From NCBI RefSeq assembly GCF_006345805.1, contig NC_043002.1, positions 34,596,001 through 34,660,000 of the forward strand: 64,000 nucleotides of DNA, in the 5' to 3' direction. Source of the stretch: Octopus sinensis (Eukaryota). Every line of letters begins with the position of its first letter. Position 1 is the first letter of the stretch. The translations under genes were made by a program, and so were the position numbers. A model generated the notes under the pieces. The model worked only from the letters and a program-made list of their open reading frames with translations. It did no database searches and was not told the DNA's origin. Below are positions 37,368 through 50,786 of this stretch, piece after piece.

Positions 37368-39027
37368 TGTTTCTTTATTACCCATAGAGGGCGACACAGA
37401 ATGGAGAGTACAAACATTGGGAACACAAAACATCACAATTACATAAATATGGGTAAATGAATTATGAAAATGATATATAAAAGTGATGCTAACGGCCCCA
37501 TCCGCTAGCATCACTTACCTGTCCTTCAGTCGTCAGTCCCAACAAACCTTCTTGCTCAGTCCCAATGCAATATGCCTTCATCTCTATCCTTCTCCCGAAC
37601 CACTCTTCCAATCCTTCACCGTCTCTTCATCCATGTTCCCTTTGATATTCCCCAGTCCTTCTTTTTCGCACCTTTCCATAAAACTCATATACTTGTTCCT
37701 TTGAATTACTGCACATCGTTCCCTCCCCTATCACCCATTGGTATCGTCATTGTCTTTTTATTTCCCTCTTTCCCTGCAATACATAAAATGTTGCCTGGGT
37801 TCTTTTTAGTGTCCTGGCTGTGTGTATCTTTTTTCTGTTTTCTTGTTGGTGGGAGCGGTGGGTTCACTGTCTGGCAGGGGACGGGTGGACTCAGAGGGTG
37901 CGGATGGTGTTGGGGTGATTGGGGTTCCGTACTGTTTGCTTTTCTCTTCTTCTCTTTCTTTTTTCCTTCCTTCTTCCCACTCTGCTGGATCTCCTCTTCT
38001 TCTGTCGTTTCCTCCTTTTCTGTTTGGTTCTCTTCTTTAGTTTCTTCCTCTTTTTGGGGTTCCGTAACATTTCCTTTTCCTTTGGTGGGGAGGATAGTGA
38101 CTCTTATGTGGACCTCTCAGGCACACTTATAACAGCGCGGGGCTCTGCCTTCCACCCCACTCTCATGATGATGGTACCCATTCTTATATTTTCTGTTAAC
38201 AATTCAGCGTTTCGGTCTCCGCCTGTACGCTCATATCCGGGTAGCACCCTCAGCCCTTCATATTTTATGGTGGCAAGAGGATATCCATCCACTTCTTCTC
38301 ATTCCCTCCAATCACAGCTGCTGCCATATATTCGCCCTCTAGGTGTGGGGGGCACTCCCTCCACCCCGACTCGCGTGGTTTTCCCGTTTAAGTACGAAGG
38401 CAGCAGGTTACTCCCGCTGTTACTGCCGCCGGCTGCCACCCTCTTGCGACGCTCTCGCTCCCATATCGAACCGTCACTGTACCGCATTCCATCCCTCTTG
38501 TCAAACACACAACTTCCTCCTCTGTTGTTTCAGCGCTTCCTCAACAATTTCCATGCCACTACTTCAATTCTTTTCCTTCCGCTTGCTACCACTCTACCTG
38601 ACGGTTCCCGTGATGGAACCACTCCCACGCCTTGTTGGTGGTGACAGCTCGACTTCGCCGTCCTCCTCTCCACAAATTCGGAAGCCCGGCAGTTTAACCA
38701 GGTCCACCTCCTTTTCTTCCGACCTCCTCCTCGCCACTCCTGCATACGCATTACCAAGCTTCCCATCCATCCTTTCACTGCTCCTTTCCACTCCTCCTCG
38801 GACGTCGACAACTCCGACAACTTTCAACAAACTTCTCCCGGCCATCCTTCCCGTTATGGAGGGGGTCCATTTTCCCCTGTCCGTCCCACAGACAGACAAC
38901 CCAATCCCCACACCGAAACGCTCAACAATAACAATTCAACATCAAAACTAAGCAACTCACAAAACACAGTCTCTTCGAGCATCGATGAATAAATGAACAA
39001 GTGACAGCGAGTGTCAGCCGGTGACTG
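37368..39027 (-). mobile_element. ORF1-only (gag-like) non-LTR element, decayed
   Basis: Frameshifted purine-rich coding-like region with Zn-knuckle remnant VEGRAPRCYKCA*EVHIR (~38100-38157); 3' tail resembles the SINE tail. Confidence 0.6.
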
Positions 39028-39056
39028 ACTGTCTTGTCAAATTCTCCCTTTAAATA
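39023..39056 (-). promoter_or_regulatory. Candidate TATA + Inr core promoter
   Basis: TATTTAAA starts 30 nt upstream of the A in TCAGTC. Confidence 0.5.
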
Positions 39057-39088
39057 CCTGCCGCATAGGCTCCAGCAGGCAGCCCCAG

Positions 39089-39287
39089 CGTTGTCACGTG
39101 ACACAGTCTCACATTAACTGACTAGTGAAGGCGCGTAGTTTTAGCCCGCGCTTTTTCTAAACGACCGTCACCTGTCAGCAGGCAGCTCCAGCAAGTTGTC
39201 ATGTGACACAGTCTTACATATTAACTGACTAGTGAAGGGCGCGTAGTTTTAGCCCGCGCTGTTTCTAAACGACCGTCACTTGTCAGT
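39089..39287. repeat. ~90-bp direct duplication with GTCACGTGAC E-box
   Basis: 39089-39178 vs 39195-39287. Confidence 0.8.
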
Positions 39288-39329
39288 CAGCGAAGCTGAT
39301 TCAGTCAGCTTGTCTCACCTAATGATGTT

Positions 39330-40210
39330 ATTTCCCATCGTCTTCCCGCTTCAGCCATATATAGAAGCTGACTTTTTCGACCGCCTCCTGTACTCTCCTT
39401 ATATTTACGCAGCTAGGGGCTAGAAAAAAACAAATCTTCTTTTGAAAGCGTTGTCATTTTCTTTCAATTAACCCTCTAGCCCCAACTGCCAGGTGATAAT
39501 ATTCGACATTCCATCCCTGTTCTCTGCTTTCTCTTCGATTAGCTTTTCATACTTCTCCTTTCGTTCCTCTGCGTTGCCGATGTTCTCTTCGCAAGGTACT
39601 GTCAGTTCTAGTAAATTCCCATTCTCCGGTCTCTGTCCATAGAACTAAATCCGGTCTTTTGTTGTTTTTTATTAGTCGAAATACTACTTGTCTTTCCAAG
39701 TCCGTGCCACCTCCCAGTATCCCTCCCATCTTTCGTCCATCTCGTATACTTTACTTGTAGGCCTGGTTTTATACCTTTTCCTTCCTTGTGGAAGTAACTT
39801 TCCTGCGCTTTTCTACTTTTGGGTATTTTCCCCTATTGTGTACCTCTCGATCTTCTCCTTGAGTGCTGCGCTTATGACACCGAGGACTTTATTATGCCGC
39901 CATGTATATCTTTCAAGTGCTAGTCTGCAACTGGACAGATCATGTCTAACCGTCGCTTTCTCTCCGCATCTACACTCATCGGTTTTGTTTATGTTCCACC
40001 GACTAAGTTCGCCGGTGAGGGTAAAACGTCGAAGATAGACTTGATCAGGAAGGATGTTCTTGCTTGTTCCCAAGCCCAAAGTTCCTTCCATGATATTCTG
40101 CGGTTGATCACATATTCCTCCCATCTCAGGCACTGTCCCTGTTGATGCATTGCACCAAAGGTACATTCCGCCTTTCTTCTTCCTCTTTCTTTCTCACTTC
40201 GTATACCACT
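39330..40210 (-). mobile_element. 3' fragment of RLE-type non-LTR retrotransposon (HERO/NeSL-like)
   Basis: CRCGEKATVRHDLSSC Zn finger, RYTWRHNKVL, RPDLVLW and ELTVPCEEN PD-(D/E)xK motifs across frameshifts. Confidence 0.85.
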
Positions 40211-40949
40211 GCCTCTTTCATCTCTTTTTAGTGACAACAACAGTAGCAGCACCACAGGAACGACAAGCATGACCAGCTACTCTTCATACTTGGTTTCTTG
40301 AAGAACAGCCGCTAATGCTGTTCTTTAGTAGTTGATGTCGCTAAAGACTGACGACATGGTTGAATGGATTCGACTGTTGACACCTTTTAAAAGTCCTTTT
40401 AAAATTATTTCAGTCATATCGGTTTTCCTCATTTAGGTTGTAGGTCCAAAGTTTGACCAGGGAACAAAAATGATTTATTTTTGTTTGATATTTAATGCTC
40501 ATTTGTTAAATACCTGATATTTATTGCCATTCGAAATACTAGACCAGTTTAGAAAAAAAAATTTAAAAGATTTGAAAGGAAACATTTAAATGATTGCAGA
40601 CCGACTCCGAATTACTTAATTTGCGAAGAATATATTCGACAATTTCAGACTAATCTATATAAAAAGGAATGATATTAAAGCATTACCTAGCGATTCACCA
40701 CGAAGAGGTGCTTTTTCGCTCATAAGTCTAACCCTAGATGAGGCCAGCATACGGGCTATATGCTTTTAACAGGGTCTTTAATTTTATTAATCTTAGCTGG
40801 TCCGAGATTATATCCAGCCTGGAGCTAAGCAACTGAGTGGAGGGATACGAACGCTTTCCTCGATACAAAAAAGACTTTCCCATACATCATTACCCTTCAA
40901 TTAGGGAAAATAACATTCGACTTTGTCTTTATTCACAATGTTCAATTCA

Positions 40950-41560
40950 TCATTCCCACAGCTAATTTCCACCAAAGCATTATCCATTATCTGTATGGGC
41001 ACAAAAAATATATCGACTCGCAGCATGTTTCTACCCCGAGATCTTGCCTAACAATTTCTCCCTCTGAGAGTGGTTACATAGGACCATGGCTGAAAAAGAC
41101 TTGGTGGGCGTGGTATTTTTGTACTTCGCAAAGCCAGAAGGAATCTTTTCCTCATCACCGATCCTTTCAATGGAAGCTTTTAGCCTGTATATATCACTCT
41201 AGCGACCCATCCTCGAATATTCATCCATAACTCAAACCCATATCTCCAGAAAGACTTCAACACCTGAACGGGTTCAACACTTGGCAACCGAATGGGCGCG
41301 GGCTTGTCTAAGCTTGCGTAAGAGGAACATCCTCACGGCTGGCATTGCCTTCACTCGACGACGGAGGATGCAGGAAGATCTCATCCGGCTTTCAACATCT
41401 TCAACGGACATGTAAACTTACCATTTGCGAAGATTTTCACCCCAGCGCCGGATAGAGGTCTTCGTGGACTGATCGCAATTTATCCCCGACACTTTCATTT
41501 TCAACAGGCGGAAGGCTGTATTCTCCGTCCGTATCGCAGCCCCGTGCATAATCCAGCGAA
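40950..41560 (+). mobile_element. CR1-like LINE ORF2 C-terminal remnant
   Basis: Degenerate PILEY, ERVQHLAT and RRRMQEDLI motifs. Confidence 0.65.
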
Positions 41561-41589
41561 TTCTTTGATCCCCAACTCAAGTGCAGAGA

Positions 41590-42230
41590 CACAACTTAAA
41601 TTAATATCATGGACGAAGTTGATATACTTGCGGCTATTAATGATTTAGACTCAAACTCAGCATATTGTACCAGATAGTATTCTAGTTATATAGCTAAAAA
41701 ACGTGCAAAAACCGCCTCAGAATCATTAAAGGTACTATTTCAAAAGTCGCCAGATACCTTCATATTCCCGAGACTATTGAAAGAAGCTATAATAAAACCT
41801 ATATAGGTACAAGAAGGTAGCAGTGCTGAAGCTAAAAATTACAGACCTGTTTTCCCTCACGTCTTACCATCTAAAATTATCCCATGCCTTGTCCGAAGAC
41901 AAAAGTAATAACATACCTGAGGGAAAACAACTTAGATGACACTCGGAATAGGTTTCGGACTGAACGAAGTTGCCTGTCACAATGCTTACAGCATCATAAC
42001 ATACCTCTAATATCTCTTAAGAGGAAAGAATCATTGACTGTTAAAACCTTGATATTGTTAAGGCGTTTGACAAGACTGATCATGGAATCCTCTATCATAA
42101 TTAAAAATCTGGTATCACAGGAAGGTCGGAGAAGGGTTCTTTAACCTCCCTATACGGTAGGAGTCAACCTATTACTGCAAAAAGATTTCTCTCTAAGTTA
42201 CCTGTAATACGTCGTATACATCATGGAACG
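41590..42230 (+). mobile_element. CR1-like LINE reverse transcriptase remnant
   Basis: KNYRPV, FRTERSCLSQ and DIVKAFDKTDHGIL motifs. Confidence 0.75.
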
Positions 42231-42369
42231 AATTACACAAAAATATCGATGGCTAAGAGCTAACAGAAAAAATATGAAAATTAGTACTTACAATTTCACA
42301 GCTTCTTCATTACAAACGAATTAACCCAAATCGCAATATTTGATACACGGTACATAATGATTCAGGGCA

Positions 42370-42720
42370 CTAACGACTTCTTTAAATGCAGCAAACTCAT
42401 AGGCTGCCCGTTTGGGATAGCTCGCAAGACATGGTAAGCGTCAGTCGCCGACCTGTCCAAGATCCGGGGGTGGGGGACAGGGAAACCGTCCCTCACGCTA
42501 TTGTTCAGTGTCTGGAGATAACTGAAATGAGGGCTTATGCTGTATACCTGTTGTCCGACGAAGGAAGAGTCAGCTGTCGACTGAGTCCATTATAAAAATT
42601 GACCCACCGGGAGTTTTAACGAACGATCGTAAGAATTGTTTTATCACGGTTGTAGCAATAACGAAAGATGCAGTATGGAAGACTAGGATAGAAGGAATTA
42701 GACAGGCAACTTTATCTCTG
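42370..42720 (+). mobile_element. Tx1/L1-like LINE C-terminal remnant
   Basis: RLPVWD...CPR...ETVPHAIVQC Zn-binding-like motif. Confidence 0.55.
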
Positions 42721-42729
42721 GCCACTACC

Positions 42730-43215
42730 GTTGTGGTACCAGTGCGGTGGCACACAAGAATCCATCCGAACGTGGACGTAGTCAGTACGCATCACTGGCC
42801 ATCGTGCTGTGGGCACATAACAAACACATCCGGTGTGCCTTCGCCAGCCTCATCTAGCACCTGTGTCGGTGGCACATAAAGTAATCCGAAGACCCGGCAA
42901 GACTAGTCAGCAATAAACCATGGCCCCTACCTGGGACGTAGTCAGTCCACCTGTGCATACCTTCCTCCTGTGATACTTGTGAAGGCCTGTTGAGGCAAGT
43001 GAAAATCAAAATCAAAATCAAATCAAAACAAATCAAAATAGATGAACATCAATGGAATTTGTATCTTTGTGGTACCAGTGCCGGTGGGACACAAGAGAAA
43101 ACCATCCGAAAGTGGCCGTAGCCAGTACTGCATCGACGGCCTCCGTGCTGTGGGCACGTGACAAAACACACATCCGATCGTGGCCGTTCGCCAGCCTCAA
43201 TCTGGCACCTGTGTC
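42730..43215 (+). repeat. Dimeric interspersed repeat with (AAATC)n linker
   Basis: GTGGTACCAGTGC(C)GGTGG...CCATCCGAA unit occurs twice. Confidence 0.65.
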
Positions 43216-43329
43216 AAGCAAGACCTGTTTCTGCCTCTCTGTTACACTAACCTTTCATCCTCTGACACAAGTTCCCTTCCTCAAATGCTCCTGCCTTCTC
43301 AAAATTCTTTATCTTGCAAGTTACTTGGT

Positions 43330-43625
43330 GACTCTGCCAGTGCTGGTGCCACATAAACAGCATCCAATCCACAATGTGATATGGTTGGCATTTGGAAGGA
43401 CATCCAGCTGTAAAAATCATGCCAAAACTAACCTCACCTGTACTAGTGCCATGTAAAAAGCACTGAGTCCACTCTGCAGAGTGGTTGGTGTTAGGAAGGG
43501 CATCCAGCCATAAAAACCTTACCAAAACAGATAGTAGCTTAGGATGGTTTTCTACCTGGCCAGCTCCTGTCAACCATCCTATCCATGCATGCATGGAAGA
43601 CGGATGTTAAACAATGATGATGATA
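43330..43625 (+). mobile_element. SINE with RTE-type tail (related fragments ~46460-46600 and 50090-50260, minus)
   Basis: TTAGGAAGGGCATCCAGC...CATGGAAGACGGATGTTAAAC(GAT)n. Confidence 0.65.
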
Positions 43626-44704
43626 ACAATATATCAGCTACATTCAACCAACTGGCTAGTTCGACATTAGATCATTTTAATCTGATAGGAAACCATGAAT
43701 ATAATACATGCAATTAGCAGGATATTTAGACTTTCAGAAAATATTAATATAAAACCAGCTTCAGTGTGTGTGGGTGAAGAATATTTTGTAAGGATTCTAA
43801 TTAAAACATTTAAGATTATGGTACAAATGAATGATGGAATGAGTCATTAACAGATTTAAGTAGAACCATTGATTGTGTAATTTAGAATTGGTAATCTTGA
43901 AGTATAACAATTCTTTGATGTGGAAATGTTAATCTTCAATGCTAATCCTTTATTAAACATATCAAACTAAAGCAAGAAAATAATTGCTTATGATAAAATT
44001 ATCTTCTTTAGAAGTTCTGATTAAAAAAAAAATACAAAAGAATGGAGATATCTTTGACTTGTTAACTGGAATTTTACTAATAAAACAGAAGAATTATTTG
44101 ATTTCTAGCTGTTTTGACAACAGTTTCAGACCTTCAAACTTGATATTTAACTTACAAAGATGTTATAACACAGAACAGTTAATTTTACCCAATAGTTGAT
44201 TAATACAGTAAATTCATGGTTAAACAGCTGCTATTACTAACTAATATTCTAATGTTGCACATGACTTCAAAAGACATTTTTGTAGGTAGCAAACAGTTTG
44301 TTGGGTATACAGATTTACATGAAATAATATATACAGGCAGTGTGCTGTTGTTGATTAACTCCAGTTCAACTTTGATCAAAAGCATTCCAACTATGACTAT
44401 CCCATCTTTTGAAGAGTATATAAAATCACAATAAGACTACATTATCTAATGCGTCCTTTCCTTAAGAAAGTAGGGCATGATCTAAAGAAGACTTGACAGT
44501 CAATTCCAAATTGAGCAACTATACAGAGGTTCTTCATCAGCCCATATGTTACTTGTGGTCCAGATAGGAATGAGAAAATTCATTCTCAGTATTCTAAACT
44601 ATCAAATAACACAATTTGTTTGTTTAGTATTCAAATCATAGTTACTCTAATTTCGTGAGCCCATTAACCCAACGATTATATCTTAAGTTATGAAAAGTCT
44701 AGAG

Positions 44705-45236
44705 CAGGGGTGGAGAAACTTTTTAGTGCAGCAGGCAAAAATTTCCAAAGATAAAAGTCCATGGGCAGATCACAAGTTCTAACTCTTATATTTGTGTAAA
44801 TCTTGTATATAATCTATGTATAATTCAATACACATTAATAAGGATAAGTTTAGCACATTAAATTAATGTGTAACATCTTCATTAATGCTGCCACTGAATT
44901 TAGAATGCTTATATTACTTATGAGGTATTCTTTATTTTTCAGCTAGAGTGTAGTTAGGTCTCAAGGGGGTGGTACAAACCTAGCAATATGTGTTTTACAG
45001 AGAAACAAAATTTCCATTCAAATGGCAATTAAAGGATGATTTTCTGTTCGAGTCTAACCATTTTAAGTCATAGTGGAAACATGACCTATGTCGCAAATAG
45101 GCATACGAATAGTGTATAAATTTTAGAATTGAAAAATTTACTATATTCTGCACATACGAGTATACCAGCCTGTGGGTGCAATAAAATGGGCTCACGGGCA
45201 TAATTGTGCCCACAAGCAGGTGTTTCTCCATCCCTG
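44705..45236. mobile_element. hAT (Charlie-type) non-autonomous DNA transposon
   Basis: TIRs CAGGGGTGGAGAAAC / GTTTCTCCATCCCTG and perfect 8-bp TSD GTCTAGAG. Confidence 0.9.
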
Positions 45237-46689
45237 GTCTAGAGAGAGTTATATTAACGTGAATTTATGTAACAACAATTCATTTTTCATATATTTTCCT
45301 CTTTAATTGTTTAACTAACATAATAGATAGGGAAGATATTCTGTTCTCTTTAATAGTCACAAGACAGTGATATCCATTGTTAGAAAACAGAACTATTAAA
45401 TAATTCCAAAAGAAAAGTCCAAGACACTGACACCCAACAAAAACTACGGCATTTAATATACCACAAGAATTCTACCAACATGATAGTTGCAAACATCCTA
45501 AATCACAAGATTTTAATCCAAGATTTAATAAATTTGGATACACTTGATAAACACCTGACAGAAACAATCACTTAAGTAAATTATAAAAATCATTGTAATC
45601 TTTACACAAACAAGCTATACAAATGTGAACAGACATGTCATATACTTCTGTTGACTTAGAGTAGGCACAATGATGGGCCTACTACATACTCCCTTAATAA
45701 GAGGTTTGTGTGACATTATTCTGTTGTTCAATCTTTCAATAGCTGAGGTCACTAACAGTCACACTCCAAATAATACAAGGGATGTACATTTATTTAGGGC
45801 ACAACATAGTAACAACTAACAACTGAAAAGCTAGAACACACACACACACACGCGCGCGCAGTATCACCAGTATCACACAGATTAACATAAACTCAATTCT
45901 AACTAAAATATTTTAAATAAGAGGACAACTACAATGAGTGACTGTGGAAAAATTATACCAAGGTTACCAATTAATAAAATTGTGCATCTCATAAGAGTGA
46001 AGGTAAACACTTGACAACCCAAATTCACAACCCAAGTTCAAATATTGGTTGAAGCAATTTTCACCTCACATCATTAACAGATTTCGAAAAAAGAATGAAT
46101 ATTTCTAGAATTATCAATCATTACATCTACTTCAAGAATGAAACAAAATTTCATCCATACACTATGGCACTGTCATACAAATTCAAAGAAAAATAAAATG
46201 GGAAATACTACAGGTGAAGACTGATTTGTTAGAGATGTTTGAAATCTGTATAACACAACAGACATACAGATTTCAGTCAACTCTGCATGTGTAAATTAAA
46301 TTTTTATTAAATACATTGGTAAACAATTGTCTGTTTATACAACCTCACCCTAGACAGAAGGAGAGGGTTCAGCTAGACCAGTTTCAATCTTTACTGAAAC
46401 TTCATCAACAACTGACAACTTATCTCAAACTGTACAAACAAACAAAAGCATACACAATATCATCATCATCATTGTTTTAACGTCTGCTTTTCCATTCTTT
46501 TATGGGCCAAACAGAATTTATTGAGGCAAATTTTCTACAGCTACATACCTTTCTTGTCTCCAACCCTCACTTGTTTCCAAGTAAAGTAATATTTCCTCAT
46601 GATTAGACATGCTTTCAAAGAAGATTGCAAATGAGAGATATTGCTTGTAGGTCAATGACATCCATTTACAACTATCATGTGACTTATCT

Positions 46690-46890
46690 TAAGTAAAGGC
46701 AGAGAAACCGTCTCACTCACACACACACATGTATAGAAGGCATCTTTCAGTTTCTACCAACCAAATCCACTCTCAAAGGTTTGGTCAGCCCAGACATATA
46801 GTAGAAGACACTCACTCACCCAAGGTGCCATGCAGTGAGACTGAACCCAAGATCATGTGGTTAGGAAGCCATACACAGCCATACCTGTAC
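46690..46890 (-). mobile_element. tRNA-derived SINE, old (related ~54205-54390 plus, ~54800-55116 minus)
   Basis: AGAAGACACT...CCCAAGGTGCCATGCAGTGAGACTGAACCC motif. Confidence 0.55.
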
Positions 46891-47255
46891 CTATATTTCT
46901 CAAATATTAAGTTGAGGAATTCAACATAACTTATTATTCTGAGTTTCCCATTGAGAGTAGTCTTCAGGTAAAAACTACAGTAAGCCTAGTGAAGCTATGT
47001 GAAAACCCACTTGTATATAAAGCTGATGTTGTGTCAGCATAAATAGACATAACACTGTTGATAAAAATGGATGATAGCAAGAGAAAACAAATATAGAATT
47101 ATTTGTACAACTTATAGAACAATTTGTCTTATTTAAAATCGACATTTTAGTTAGCCATGGGCAAGATAACAAAAAATATATATTACGAAAGATAGTGGCA
47201 GTAATTAACACTGTCAACAAATAGTAACAAAGCAACAACACCAAACATAACTTAC

Positions 47256-47331
47256 CACTGTAAATTGGTTGAAATGATGTTAGACCATTTCAGATCAGTG
47301 GAGGAGAACAAAATCAAATTTGTACACTTAC
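47256..47331 (-). other. Candidate 76-nt exon / recursive-splice exon of an unidentified gene
   Basis: CTAAT branch point, polypyrimidine tract, GCAG acceptor; donor CAGTG|GTAAGT; one open frame KCTNLILFSSTDLKWSNIISTNLQ. Confidence 0.6.
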
Positions 47332-47430
47332 CTGCAAAAGAGAAAGAAAGATTCATTAGATTACATGCTAGTGTATGTTCTTGCATTTAGTAAAATAACT
47401 TCAGTTACCCAATCATACAAATATATACAT

Positions 47431-47570
47431 ACTAGCAGAGATACTCGGCTTTGCTCGTGTCACATGGAATTAAAGAATTAGACTTTTTCTTTTATATTTT
47501 CTCTAATGAACTGGAATAGCTATGATTCGAATTTCATCAAAATTGCAGATTAAGAATTTTAATGAGGGTT
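47431..47570 (+). mobile_element. Helitron/Helentron-associated (DINE-like) remnant (related ~48640-48740, 49290-49410)
   Basis: ACTAGCAG..CTCGGCTTTGCTCG start and AATTTCATCAAAATTG core. Confidence 0.4.
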
Positions 47571-49597
47571 CTTTCCTTCTTAACACACCCTAAAAAAAAA
47601 AAATTCTAATCATGACATATTTATCCTATACTACTCATCTTTATGTCCAGATTCCAAAATCAAAATCTTATGAAACCTACTGAAAGGCTTTTGCTCCTGA
47701 AAAATGGAGGACATGGAGCTCTAAAATGTGGAAGTTAAGGCCCTTATTGTGTGTGTGTGTGGGTGGGTTGGGGGCGTCTAAAAGTCAACCAGAGTAGTTG
47801 AATTGCTGGGAATCTTTTTTAACTTGGGTCTTATATCTATTGTTCAAATTTCTTTGAAATCAGAAATATATGAATGTCCACTGGGTTTGTAAAAGAGAGC
47901 AAAGCTACAGTAAAGCAAGGGACGAATGATCACAATAAGCAGTCAGCTACCCTAGTTGTTACCACTCCCCAATGTAGGATTCCTCACTATACAGGTGATG
48001 GGCACAGCCGTAAGATGTACTATGGATCTATAGCAATTGGAAGGGCATGACTCAACTGAAATAAACAACTGTGTGAGTTTGCCAATGATCACTATGCTGA
48101 TAGGTAACTGGACAGAATAAATTTGCAGTCTATAAATCTCTTTGAATGACCAGTCACTTATCTGGGAAGGCCTTGAAATCAATGTTACCATCTGGGGACT
48201 ATCTCTTACCCATTGATAATAAAAAGACTGAAAGGAGGTCTGCAACCAAAGAACTTTACTCAAAATAACACTTTGCAACTGAATCAGTGGAGGCAAAGAT
48301 GCTTCTCCTTTACTCGACAATTTATGCACCACATTGCAGAAATCACAATCTAAGTATATCTCAAAGCAAACTGTTACAGTGTTGTACCTTTGAATTATAA
48401 ATAACGCTCATCTTGTATGCTCGGGTGACTCTACAGCTTCCAAGAGTACAATTATATTCGTCTTGGCTTAGGACAAATTAATTCGTCCTAAGCCACCTCA
48501 AACTCAAACCAAACACACAGCATTATACCTGCCCTTATGCATTGAATCTAAGATCCAAATATCATAAGGATCCATTCTGTAATTTTGGTCCATGAAATTG
48601 TATGAAACACACAGCATTAGCCTTCTCCCTAGGCTTGGATTTTGTGTTCCAAATTTCATTAGGATCGGGGCAGTAGTTTTTGAATCTATAAGTAACACAA
48701 GAACACACATAAAGGCATTGACTTTTATATAATAGATATAAATATGCACATATACATACATGTCTATGTGTGTGTGTGTTTTATATATATATATATATCT
48801 CATGTATACACAGAAAGATAGATTGACGTATACAATTGAGTGAGCAAACAAAAATATGAGACACTGCTTTGAAGAATTTTTTGTCAAATGAATTGACCGC
48901 AGTGCTTTTCTATATTTTGATAAGCCTGGTACTTATTCTATCAGACTCTTCTTGACAAACCAGTAAGTTATGAGGATGTAAATAAACTAACAGCAGTTGC
49001 TAAGCAGTTATGAGGAAGAAACAGATACAAAGACACACACATTAGGAATTCACACAGACATTCTCATATATATGTATGCATGCATGTATGTACGTACGCC
49101 TGTATGTATTCCTGTATATATGTGAGGTAATAGTTTCACTTCAATAGTTTCATTATTAATAGTGAAACTATTAAAGTGAAAATATCTGTCATTACAATAG
49201 AGATATGTTATTGTTTCACTTTTGACATGTAACACTAAAATAGTAGAAGAGATAAGAGATTGCCCTGGGCTCGCATTAGGCAAAAAGTTGGTACATGGAC
49301 TCTAAGTAAGGTATGTGTAAAATTTGAATGAAATCGGTCATGTAATTCTCAAATTTTAGGGATTCACACAGACAAACACACAGATAGACACACATTCTTA
49401 TCTTTATATATATATTGATGACTGTAACACACACACATTCATACACAGACATATACACAGTCAACAAAAGTAATGAAACTGAATATGATACTAAACTATA
49501 CCAGTACATTGTTTTATAAGATAACTATGAATGACAATATACTATGTCTATAATGAAGAAACAACAGTATAGGGGAAAATGACAAATATTCCTGGAG

Positions 49598-49662
<65 letters not shown>

Positions 49663-49841
49663 AAAGTTTACGAAAAAAAACAAAAGACAAAGACAGGTGG
49701 TGTACAAAACAAATAGATGTATTAGTATGGCGCTCAGGAATAGAAAAAGTCTTTTTATGTTTCGAGCCGACGCTCTTCTACAGAAAGGTACACAGAAAAA
49801 ACAAGGAGAGAAAAAATGTGTGTAGTGTCTAACGATCTGTC

Positions 49842-49877
<36 letters not shown>

Positions 49878-50292
49878 GTATATATATATGAGAGAGAGAA
49901 GTATATAGTTGAAGGTTTTGGTCCTTCAGACCAAAAAGCAATAACAGTTGATGAATAACCCAAAATAGGCAGGGAAGTGGGGGCTTTTCTCCTCACTCTC
50001 CTCTCAAGTCAATGGTAAATATTGATACCCATAGTGGATATCAGCAAATGTGTATGTGTGTGTGTACACACATACATTCACATACACATATCATCATCAT
50101 CATCATCATCATCTAACATGTATTCCATGCTGGCATGGGTTGGATGGTTTGACAGGACCCGGTAAATCTGAGGACTGTGCAATGCTCCTCTGTCCATTTT
50201 TAGCATGGATTTTACAGATGGATGCCCTTCCTAATGCCAACCACTTTACAGAGTGCACACACACGAAATGGGATTTACTGTTCTCTTCTTAA

Positions 50293-50786
50293 CCCCTTGA
50301 CAACAGTTGACGCAAGCCCACCTGTGGTTATATATGATGTAGAGCTGCCCTACATTTATCACGGACTTTTTAGCGGCTGACGTATATTTTACGTTCGCTA
50401 TCGTGTACTTTATCCCTTGAGGTGTGCACGCTCGCCCTCCCGTGCATTATCTTAGCTATTTCAGGTTACATTCAAGTCATGAGACTAGCAGTAGACCAAT
50501 GGCATGCGGATACTTTATATGCATAATACCGTGTTTTGAGTTGTACCACACGCAAGCTATTTTTTGAACTTCAACAGAATAACTCATGCATATCATATGA
50601 TAAATAGCTTCACATAGTTCACTTTCATAAACCGGTAGACGTAAATGTACAACACTATGTTATTGTAATGGTGAATGCAAATAGACACGAGCTTGTTGGC
50701 ACTTGTGTGTTTGTGTGGCCTCATTAGATAAAAAAAAAAACCAGAGCAGAATCTTGCATGCTTCGGGTAATACCGGCATCAAGGGG
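50293..50786. mobile_element. piggyBac-like MITE
   Basis: TTAA|CCCCTTGA...TCAAGGGG|TTAA. Confidence 0.8.

Noticed and set aside
37572-38951. Long plus-strand ORFs (186, 241, 202 aa)
   Set aside because: Antisense shadows of the decayed minus-strand ORF1-like element
40285-40358. Minus-strand ATG-starting exon-like segment (MSSVFSDINY*)
   Set aside because: In-frame stop and no recognisable homology
47952-48332. 126-aa minus-strand ORF
   Set aside because: No recognisable domain; probably a decayed TE fragment I cannot classify
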